Below, piece after piece: positions 57,065-64,000 of a stretch of DNA of 64,000 bases. The first letter of the stretch is position 1. The number at the start of each line of letters is the position of its first letter. The DNA comes from Spirochaetia bacterium (GTDB lineage Bacteria > Spirochaetota > Spirochaetia > UBA9216), in assembly GCA_965140585.1 (NCBI GenBank), contig OZ223267.1:288001-352000 (forward strand). Direction: 5' to 3'. The translations under genes and the position numbers were made by a program. Under the pieces are notes generated by a model that saw nothing but the letters and a program-made list of their open reading frames with translations, was not told where the DNA came from and did no database searches.

Positions 57065-57973
57065 TTACTCCTTTTTAATATTCTGTTCCAGAACGTCAAG
57101 AAGACTCGAAACTCTGGGAGAAATTTCATACTCAAGCAGGTCTCCGACGAGAACACTGTCTCCAACCGAGAATGCTTCTGTAAACTCATTAAGAATTTCA
57201 TTTAATGAAGTAAAATATTCACGTATTGTCATTTCATCAATAACAGCATTGCTGAAATCAAGAACACCTGTATTTTCAAGTATTGTATAAATCCTCAAAA
57301 GTTTCTGGGTAAGCTCTGTAAATCTGATAATGCCGGTAAGCGCTTCTCTGTCTTTCCCTGTCTGCAGGAGAATGGATATATTATTTATATCCTCCAGTGA
57401 TAAACGCAGCACTTTGATAACTGCCGAAAGTTCATTTACCGAGTCTGTCAGCTCTCTGATTCTATCGTTTAATATAATCAAAACTGATTTAATTCTTCCG
57501 AGTATGAACTCTGCGATCTCAGAATTTTCGGGACTCTCGGGGCTGTATGATTTCATAGAACTGAACAGATCCGGATGCTTATCATCAATCAGTTCATCCT
57601 GGACCCCTCCAAGAATTTCGATAAAAAGTTTTTCCGGCATCTCTGATTCGGTCTGGAGCTCATGAAGCAGGGTATAGTTCCCGGCGGTCATGGCCTTCTC
57701 AAAAAGACTGAAATACTGATGCAGCAACTGTATATTTATCAGTAGAAGTTCAATGTGACTTTTAACCTCGATATTTATATTTTGAACCTGGTCAACCGGC
57801 TTGTTTTTACATGAATCATCTTTAAAATCATATGAAGTACCATCATAACTTACAGAAAGCATGTGATAGCCCTCAGCAGATGCCCAATCGGAGAGAGCAT
57901 TGATTACCTCAGAAAGAACTTTTTCAGATTCAAGCTGGAAATCAATTTTATCGTTGTTAATATATATATTCAT
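57065..57973 (-). CDS. Hypothetical helical protein with C-terminal GDLLEYE motif
   Basis: 302-aa ORF directly downstream of fliD. Confidence 0.8.
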   Translation of the reverse strand: MNIYINNDKIDFQLESEKVLSEVINALSDWASAEGYHMLSVSYDGTSYDFKDDSCKNKPVDQVQNINIEVKSHIELLLINIQLLHQYFSLFEKAMTAGNYTLLHELQTESEMPEKLFIEILGGVQDELIDDKHPDLFSSMKSYSPESPENSEIAEFILGRIKSVLIILNDRIRELTDSVNELSAVIKVLRLSLEDINNISILLQTGKDREALTGIIRFTELTQKLLRIYTILENTGVLDFSNAVIDEMTIREYFTSLNEILNEFTEAFSVGDSVLVGDLLEYEISPRVSSLLDVLEQNIKKE

Positions 57974-57995
57974 GTTCTAAGCCGTCCTCCGCCTG

Positions 57996-59993
57996 TCAGT
58001 TGTTATTATTGTTCAGATTATTCAGTGCATTAGAACTCTGCTGCATTGAATTGATATTACCTTCCATGATTGCATACTTATTCTTAAGCTCGGCTTCCTT
58101 GTCTTCCAGTTTTAGTTCATATGAGGCAATATCCCGTTCTGTTCTGGTTATTCTTGAATCAAGACTTGATATTCTGTATGCAACAATGCCGCCGGTTCCT
58201 GTATAAGGTTTAGTATATTCCTGGGTCTTATATGCTGCTCCGTTATCTACAACAAGATCTCCATCACTGTCTATGCCGAAGAGCTCTTTAACAGCTACAA
58301 GATTTTCCGTTAAAGCGCTGTCCAGATCATTTTCATTAATTTCTATATAGCCCCTGAGTTTTGAGTTATTAATTCCGCCGCCGAAACCTGATGAATTGGT
58401 TGATATACCTATCTGCGAAAGCAGTTTAAGGTTATCTCCGGCAGAAGTAGTATACGGCTCCATCATTATATACTGAAGTCGTGATTTCATCTGATTAAGA
58501 GTTGAATCTCCCTGAAACAGACCAAGCCTCTCTCTTGCTGTCTTTTTTTCCTCATCGGAAAAATAATCAATTTCTGATATCAGCCCGCCGTCATTTGAAA
58601 CAAGAATTCCAAGTTCAGCCTGTAATCTGTTATAATTCCCGACAAATTCAATAATTGTGTCTTTAATCAGCTCTCGGTCAGGCTTAATATCAAGTTTTAC
58701 AGCCTTATCACTCTCTCCGTTAATATTCAGAGTGACACCTGGAATAAGATCGTCTATTGTATTGGATGTACGCCTTACTTCTATACCGTCTATTTTTATT
58801 TTTGCATCTGATGCTGTTGATACAGGCCGGGCTGGTTCCCATTCTCCACGTGCATCCGGATCATAAATTTTTATATCAGAAATTGATATTTCCCTGAATG
58901 TGTTTTTATTGAAAAATTTGATTGCATCAGCAGCTCCTGCTGCATCTCTCAGGTTTATTGTAATCGTCTGTTCTTCAGATGTTTTCCTGAATCCAGGCAA
59001 TATAGTTTCTTTTCCGTCAGCAACGAGGCTGAATACCTCAAAATCATCAATTACTTCTGGCGGTTCAGGTTCCTGATACTGAGGCATTTCAACTGTCGAA
59101 TTACTGTTGCTGATAGTTATGCCTTTAAATGAAATACTGCCGGGAGTAAGCTCATCCGGACCTGTGGGCGGGGTAGGTGGGGTCCATTCGCCCTGTTCCA
59201 TTTCATTTACAGTGAAAGTAATTTCAAGTACCATTTTGCCGTTATCTTTTACTGAAGGATTTACAGGTATGCTGCCCTGAGCTCCCGGTTGAAGAACGAG
59301 ATTATTTTTTTCATCAAGTTTGAATAATGTTCCCGCTTCTTCCGGTGTAAGGGCGATGTTGCGCATTGAACTGTCGGATCTTTTTAAAACACCGGCAGAT
59401 ACAGCGAAATCCAGTGCTGTGCCCTCATTGAATATAAGCCTGTTTTCAAGGCCTTCTTTTGTAGACTCTATTAAAATAACGCTTGTATCTGGAGTATCTT
59501 TTATGACTTGCGCATGAAGTAAATCTCTGCCTCTGCTGTTAATTCTGTCAGCCAGTCTTGATAGAGAACCACCTCTGAAATTAAATGAAATCTCCTCTTC
59601 GCCTATTGTAAAGGAATAAGTCCCATCAGGGGCGTCAAAATCTTTATCCATTGAGTCAGATAAAAACCTGTCTGAAGCAGCCATATTAATAATTTTAATG
59701 GTTTTCTGTTCTTCTATTGCATCTCTGCCTACAGTTGCTGTAAGTACATCCTCATCGGAAGATTCTGCGATGCGTTCACTAAACGGGTTTTCAAAACCGT
59801 AGAGTTTCTTTGCCGCGTCTTCAACTTTTGAAATATTTCGGGAGATATCCTGCCAAACTGTCTTTTCATTTTCATACTTATCAAGCTCATCCTGCTTTCT
59901 TTCGAGGGGAATTCTTTCGAGCTCCATGAGTTTGGAGACAATACTGTCGGTATTATAACTGCTTGTAACACCCGGTATAGTTACATCGGACAT
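57996..59993 (-). CDS. fliD: Flagellar filament cap FliD
   Basis: IVSKLMELERIP N-terminus, DAKIKIDG...SNTIDDLIPGVTL, FVGNYN, C-terminal coiled coil. Confidence 0.95.
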   Translation of the reverse strand: MSDVTIPGVTSSYNTDSIVSKLMELERIPLERKQDELDKYENEKTVWQDISRNISKVEDAAKKLYGFENPFSERIAESSDEDVLTATVGRDAIEEQKTIKIINMAASDRFLSDSMDKDFDAPDGTYSFTIGEEEISFNFRGGSLSRLADRINSRGRDLLHAQVIKDTPDTSVILIESTKEGLENRLIFNEGTALDFAVSAGVLKRSDSSMRNIALTPEEAGTLFKLDEKNNLVLQPGAQGSIPVNPSVKDNGKMVLEITFTVNEMEQGEWTPPTPPTGPDELTPGSISFKGITISNSNSTVEMPQYQEPEPPEVIDDFEVFSLVADGKETILPGFRKTSEEQTITINLRDAAGAADAIKFFNKNTFREISISDIKIYDPDARGEWEPARPVSTASDAKIKIDGIEVRRTSNTIDDLIPGVTLNINGESDKAVKLDIKPDRELIKDTIIEFVGNYNRLQAELGILVSNDGGLISEIDYFSDEEKKTARERLGLFQGDSTLNQMKSRLQYIMMEPYTTSAGDNLKLLSQIGISTNSSGFGGGINNSKLRGYIEINENDLDSALTENLVAVKELFGIDSDGDLVVDNGAAYKTQEYTKPYTGTGGIVAYRISSLDSRITRTERDIASYELKLEDKEAELKNKYAIMEGNINSMQQSSNALNNLNNNNN

Positions 59994-60026
59994 CTGTTAT
60001 CAATTCTACCCGTCCCGGGGCCGAAC

Positions 60027-60443
60027 TTAGATAGTCTGGTCGATTATCAGCCCCATAGCTTCTTTCATTTTGGCATACAGCCTTTTAAGCTCTTCAGGAG
60101 GGATCTCCTTGATTACTTTATCGGTTTCTGCGTCAACGACCTTTACGATAACCTGGTCTAATTCCTTGTCTATACTGAATTTGAGTCGTCTATTAAATAC
60201 TTCGGTGATATCTATAATGTCGCGCAGATATTTCTCTGCATCTATTTTTTCGCGTTGTTTTTCTGCATTCTGTACTTCCGCTTCAAGCTGTTTTACAGCT
60301 GTCTGTCGTGCTTCTTCCTGCTGCTTTACGGCCTGTTCCGTCCGTATTTTCACTTTGTTGCTTTCAATTTTCTGAGAGGAAGTGTCTACTCTGCGGTTCA
60401 TAGTAAAAGCACCTGAATTCAGGGCCTGTATGTCCATTTCCAT
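60027..60443 (-). CDS. flaG: FlaG family protein
   Basis: LKFSID....VIVKVVD.ETDKVIKEIPPEE...GLIID. Confidence 0.93.
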   Translation of the reverse strand: MEMDIQALNSGAFTMNRRVDTSSQKIESNKVKIRTEQAVKQQEEARQTAVKQLEAEVQNAEKQREKIDAEKYLRDIIDITEVFNRRLKFSIDKELDQVIVKVVDAETDKVIKEIPPEELKRLYAKMKEAMGLIIDQTI

Positions 60444-60446
60444 AAC

Positions 60447-60606
60447 ACCACTCCTTGGTTGATAATCGAAATGCCTGCATCTCGATTATTTGAATTACCG
60501 GTCGGTAATTCACAGCCACCTATCAAAGCTGCTGGAAAGAATGGAAGGGGGCGCGAGCCCCTCCCCGTAAAATCAGTAAAAAGATAACGTCCAGAAATCT
60601 TTTTAC
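60447..60606 (-). other. Array of hairpins filling the flaB-flaG intergenic mRNA
   Basis: Stems at 60576-60606, 60543-60565, 60491-60512, 60462-60489 and 60447-60459. Confidence 0.75.
60536..60566 (-). terminator. Probable leaky intrinsic terminator after flaB
   Basis: GC-rich GGGAGGGGC/GCCCCCTTCC stem followed by a weak ATTCTTT tail. Confidence 0.5.
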
Positions 60607-60622
60607 AAGAAACAGAATCAAT

Positions 60623-61474
60623 CTATAGTAACTGAAGCACTGACTGGGGTGAAGTGTTTGCCTGAGCAAGCACTGCCGTGCTGGACTGTGTAAGGATCTG
60701 GTTTTTAACATAATCAACCATCTCACTGGCCATATCCACATCACGTATTGATGATTCTGCTGCCTGAAGGTTTTCTGCTGCAATTGCAACACCCTTCGAT
60801 GCAGTTTCGAACCTGTTCTGGTATGCACCAAGATCGGCTCTCTGTTTTGAAACCTGTTTGAGTGCGCTGTCGACAAGTCCGATTGCCATGTTGGCATCTT
60901 CCGGAGTCTGGATTGTGATAGTTCCCTCTCCACCCTGGATATTTTCAATACCAAGAGCAGCAGCTGTCATAGTTCCAATATAGATTTTTTCATTCTGGTC
61001 CATATTGGCACCAACCTGGAACTGCATAATCTGACCTGTAGCAGAATCAGTTGCAAATGCGCCTGTAAGCATATTCATGCCGTTGAACTGCGCGTGTGAA
61101 GCAATTCTGTTAATCTCATCAACAAGCTGTGAAACCTCTACCTGAATCTGCATTCTGTCTTCTTCAGTATAGATTCCGTTAGCCGACTGAACAGAAAGTT
61201 CTCTCAGTCTGTGAAGAATGTCCTGTGTATTAGCAAGATATCCTTCGGTTGCCTGAATGAATGAAACACCGTTTTCAATGTTTCTGTTTGCCTGAGTTAA
61301 CCCGCGAATCTGACTTCTGAGCTTTTCTGAAACAGCAAGCCCTGAAGCGTCATCGCCGCCTTTGTTGATTCGCATACCGGAACTGAGTTTTTCAAGATTA
61401 CCAGTCATCTCAACAGCCTTATTATTAAGCTGTCTACTGGCATAACTTGCACTCAAGTTGTGATTAATTATCAT
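60623..61474 (-). CDS. flaB: Flagellar filament core flagellin FlaB
   Basis: [37 protein letters not shown]; 283 aa. Confidence 0.98.
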   Translation of the reverse strand: MIINHNLSASYASRQLNNKAVEMTGNLEKLSSGMRINKGGDDASGLAVSEKLRSQIRGLTQANRNIENGVSFIQATEGYLANTQDILHRLRELSVQSANGIYTEEDRMQIQVEVSQLVDEINRIASHAQFNGMNMLTGAFATDSATGQIMQFQVGANMDQNEKIYIGTMTAAALGIENIQGGEGTITIQTPEDANMAIGLVDSALKQVSKQRADLGAYQNRFETASKGVAIAAENLQAAESSIRDVDMASEMVDYVKNQILTQSSTAVLAQANTSPQSVLQLL

Positions 61475-61496
61475 ATAACCCTCCTTGATAGGTTAA

Positions 61497-61515
61497 GAAG
61501 GCATCCCTTGCCTTC
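61497..61515 (-). promoter_or_regulatory. CsrA-binding hairpin in the flaB leader
   Basis: GAAGGCA-AGGGA-TGCCTTC, GGA in the loop, upstream of SD AAGGAGG. Confidence 0.75.
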
Positions 61516-61522
61516 ATTTTTT

Positions 61523-61638
61523 GCATGGCAGTGCAGTAAACAAGAAGTTACTCGCGCTTCTCCCGTTCAGTATACCTGCACAACAAGGAGAAATTCCGAC
61601 CGTTTGTATAACCGGAAAATCTCCTTCATCCACCATGC
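61523..61638 (-). ncRNA. Candidate multibranch structured RNA between the two flaB genes
   Basis: Outer stem GCATGGTGG/CTGCCATGC enclosing AAGGAGA..TTCCG/CGGAA..TCTCCTT and GTGCAG/CTGCAC arms. Confidence 0.5.
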
Positions 61639-61688
61639 TAGAGGGTTTTTTTCAAAGAACGTAAACTCTACGTAAAAATTATAGCCCT

Positions 61689-62549
61689 TTATCCAAGCAA
61701 TTGCAATACAGATTGTGTTTTCATGTTAGCCTGAGCCAGCATAGCAGTTCCAGCCTGAACAAGAATCTGATTCTTGGTGTAGCTGACCATCTGTTCAGCC
61801 ATATCAGCATCACGAATTCTTGATTCTGCAGCCTGGAGGTTCTCAGCTCCGATGTCGAGGCCTGATACAGCGTATTCAAGTCTGTTCTGGTAAGCACCAA
61901 GGTCTGCTCTCTGCTTGTTAACAGTTTTAAGAGCCTTGTCGATTACACCAATTGACATGTTAGCGCTTTCAGGAGTCTCAAGAGACATGATTTTACCGCT
62001 TCCGATTTCTTTAACACCAAGTGATGTTGAAGTCATTGTACCAATGAATACTCTTTCTCTCTGATCAATGTTTGCGCCGATATGGAACCACATTGAAGCA
62101 GTAACAGTGTTTTCACCGGTTTCCTGTGCAAAACGTCCAGTCAGCATATTCATACCGTTGAACTGTGCATGTGAAGCGATTCTGTCAATTTCATCAACCA
62201 GCTGTGAAACTTCTACCTGAATCTGCATTCTGTCTTCTTCAGTATAAATACCGTTTGCAGACTGTACTGAAAGTTCTCTGACTCTCTGAAGTACATTCTG
62301 AGTAGACTGCAGATATCCTTCAGTAGCCTGAATAAAAGATATACCGTTTGCAGCATTGTCAGAAGCCTGATTGAGTCCTCTAATCTGTGAGCGCATCTTT
62401 TCTGATACAGCAAGACCTGAAGCATCATCGCCGGCTCTGTTGATTCTTAGACCGGAAGAAAGTTTCTCCATGTCCTTTGTTGTAGCAAGGTTTGACTGTC
62501 CAAGAGACCTATTTGCAAACATTGCGCTGAGGTTGTGATTAATAACCAT
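61689..62549 (-). CDS. flaB: Flagellar filament core flagellin FlaB
   Basis: MVINHN start at 62549 after GGAGG; [22 protein letters not shown]; MWFHIGAN; 286 aa. Confidence 0.98.
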   Translation of the reverse strand: MVINHNLSAMFANRSLGQSNLATTKDMEKLSSGLRINRAGDDASGLAVSEKMRSQIRGLNQASDNAANGISFIQATEGYLQSTQNVLQRVRELSVQSANGIYTEEDRMQIQVEVSQLVDEIDRIASHAQFNGMNMLTGRFAQETGENTVTASMWFHIGANIDQRERVFIGTMTSTSLGVKEIGSGKIMSLETPESANMSIGVIDKALKTVNKQRADLGAYQNRLEYAVSGLDIGAENLQAAESRIRDADMAEQMVSYTKNQILVQAGTAMLAQANMKTQSVLQLLG

Positions 62550-62572
62550 AAAATCCTCCATGAAATTATATA

Positions 62573-62586
62573 GGGCATCCTTGCCC
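62573..62586 (-). promoter_or_regulatory. CsrA-binding hairpin in the flaB leader
   Basis: GGGCA-AGGA-TGCCC. Confidence 0.78.
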
Positions 62587-62623
62587 AACTCTGCATACTG
62601 CAGAGCTATTAACCAAAAATAAC

Positions 62624-62650
62624 TAAATCAGATTAAAAAAAGCCCGATAA
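62624..62650 (+). promoter_or_regulatory. Sigma28-type promoter on the strand opposite to flaB
   Basis: TAAA-N15-CCCGATAA. Confidence 0.55.
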
Positions 62651-62715
62651 TCTGACTATAGGGGAGAATAGACCGATTTGCATGTCTGAAAAGTCTATTA
62701 CTACCCTTACTTCTT

Positions 62716-62743
62716 TTTTCGACCATACCTATCTTAAACTTGA
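62716..62743 (-). promoter_or_regulatory. Candidate sigma28 promoter of the flagellin operon
   Basis: Minus strand TCAA(G)-N16-GTCGAAAA; best match I found upstream of flaB. Confidence 0.45.
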
Positions 62744-62835
62744 AACTAAATATTAAAAAAATAATAAAAAAAATCGAAAAAAAAGGGAGAAAAGAGAAGG
62801 GGATTCAGTTGTAAAGTAAAATTGTTTAGTGAGTT

Positions 62836-63930
62836 TTATAAACGTTTAAGGTAATCGGCTGCAATTCGGTCTTCAGGAGCAAGCTCAAGAACTTTTCTGA
62901 AGTATTTTTCTGCATTAAGATTATCTTCACTTTTAAAGGAAACAATACCAAGATTTGAAAGAATTTTAATATTTTCAGGTTCCATCTTAAGAGCTGTAAG
63001 AAGGTGATTTCTGCTGGAATCAAGTGCACCGGTTTCCATCAGGCAGATAGCCAGTTCGTTATAGGTATCGACCTGATTAGAACCGTAGGATATAGCCTTA
63101 TTGAAAGCTTCGATTCCCTCTTTATATAGAGACTGTCTTCTGTAAGCCCATCCCAAAAGAAACCAGGCATTCCATACTTCAGGTTCATGTTCAAGAAAAT
63201 CTTTTATAAGAGAGATTCCCTTATCTTCGTGTCCCATTCTGATAGCATCATATGCTTCATAGAATAAGGAGTCAGAATTCTTTTTCTTTGATAGTTCTGA
63301 AACAATAGGTTTTATTTTATCAATTTTCTCTTTATCAGAAGACTTCTCAATAAATATTGTCAGATGTTCCAGTGCTTTATCAAGGTTGTTTTTTTTCAGA
63401 AAAAACAACCCGGAGTTAAAGTGGACCTCTGTTGAATCAGGATATAATGCAAGCAGTTTCTTGTAAGCCTCGAATGCTTTTTCGTTGCAGATATCAGAAA
63501 GTTCTGCTTTTTCAAGAGCCAGGTACGAATCTGCCATTTCTTCATACAGAAGAGCAGTGTTGAGGATTGTTGTAAAATCACCGGGAAGGAGACCTGTAAG
63601 AGAAGTAAATATTTCTTCTGCTAATGCATAATCTTTCTCAGTAGCCTTCGCAATAGCTGCTGATGTGAGTTCATGTTTTATATCCGGTCTGACTGCCAGT
63701 ATCAGCTTCCTGTAATAATCACAGTCCTGATGTTCAGGGTCGTATGCAAGTATTTTTAGAGCTGCAGCGATTATCATCTCCCAGCTGAGGTTATTTATAT
63801 CAGAATAGCCATTGTCCGGGTTGATTTCCACAGGAAGTAGAATTGAAGGATCAATTTCTTTTATGTTGTCTTTATTAATATCTTCCGGCAGTGAAATATA
63901 TACTATGTTCTTTAAAATATCTTCTTTCAT
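62836..63930 (-). CDS. Tetratricopeptide repeat protein
   Basis: Repeated W..LG..Y / A...Y..AL...P TPR patterns. Confidence 0.88.
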   Translation of the reverse strand: MKEDILKNIVYISLPEDINKDNIKEIDPSILLPVEINPDNGYSDINNLSWEMIIAAALKILAYDPEHQDCDYYRKLILAVRPDIKHELTSAAIAKATEKDYALAEEIFTSLTGLLPGDFTTILNTALLYEEMADSYLALEKAELSDICNEKAFEAYKKLLALYPDSTEVHFNSGLFFLKKNNLDKALEHLTIFIEKSSDKEKIDKIKPIVSELSKKKNSDSLFYEAYDAIRMGHEDKGISLIKDFLEHEPEVWNAWFLLGWAYRRQSLYKEGIEAFNKAISYGSNQVDTYNELAICLMETGALDSSRNHLLTALKMEPENIKILSNLGIVSFKSEDNLNAEKYFRKVLELAPEDRIAADYLKRL

Positions 63931-63933
63931 AAG

Positions 63934-63999
63934 TTAACCTGATACCGGAGGCGGTGGTGCTGCCCCGGGTTTAATTCCGGACAAATAGTCGTTGATAAG
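63934..63999 (-). CDS. Probable C-terminal end of a gene entering from beyond the window
   Basis: Open frame LINDYLSGIKPGAAPPPPVSG* stops 3 nt before the TPR ATG. Confidence 0.4.
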   Translation of the reverse strand, partial: LINDYLSGIKPGAAPPPPVSG

Positions 64000-64000
64000 A

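Noticed and set aside
60523-60954. 143-aa alternative-frame ORF overlapping the flaB 3' end
   Set aside because: Out-of-frame overlap with a conserved gene, no SD or recognisable motif
60623-62549. Sequence similarity between the two flaB genes as a repeat or inversion system
   Set aside because: Ordinary paralogy of spirochete flagellins; no recombinase or flanking inverted repeats seen
61475-62760. Possible c-di-GMP riboswitch in the flagellin leaders
   Set aside because: I could not find class I (GCAAA/GNRA tetraloop-receptor) or class II consensus features by eye; kept only as unknown structures
128-63581. Many 60-180 aa antisense or alternate-frame ORFs in the ORF track
   Set aside because: Nested in well-supported genes; expected codon-bias shadows
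1-64000. Mobile elements, prophage, CRISPR, defence systems, tRNA or rRNA
   Set aside because: No transposase, integrase, cas or phage ORFs, no spaced repeat arrays, and intergenic gaps are short and otherwise explained

Overview
This is a core chromosomal region of a spirochete, most likely a free-living Spirochaetaceae (short ~285-aa FlaB flagellins, FlbB collar protein, FlgE with Lys165/Cys178). Bases 1-24.1 kb (+) are the distal large flagellar operon: fliI-fliJ-flbB-fliK-flgD-flgE-flbD-motAB-fliLMY-fliO-fliPQR-flhBA-flhFG-flgV-fliA-fapA, two unknown ORFs and an atypical cheA. Bases 24.2-49.1 kb hold envelope and metabolic genes: UroD-family protein, Maf glycosyltransferase, PBP, S26 peptidase, LysM/M23, MFS+GH2, secA, lipoprotein, nnr, Nudix, GNAT, GH3, MDP-1, dehydrogenase+Lrp, long-form ilvC and modF. 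Bases 49.1-64 kb are late flagellar genes: flgN-flgK-flgL-fliW-csrA (+) converging on flaB-flaB-flaG-fliD-orf-PilZ-orf-tsaE-tsaB-HD-GYP (-). I saw no mobile elements, CRISPR arrays, rRNA or tRNA. The most interesting signal is non-coding. An orphan sigma28-like promoter at 24115-24141 precedes a ~65-nt unit ending in a terminator. Its terminator loop (11 nt, perfect) and its linker (14 of 17 nt) are complementary to two sites in the flaB-flaG intergenic mRNA 36 kb away, suggesting an sRNA circuit on the flagellin operon. A second sigma28-like promoter points antisense within the flaB leader. Other leads are a Prp-protease-like motif in FlhB, IlvY-like operators without an adjacent ilvY, probable leaderless genes, and a probable CTG start for tsaE. 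All calls come from reading the sequence by eye; no searches or folding programs were run, and novelty is unverified.
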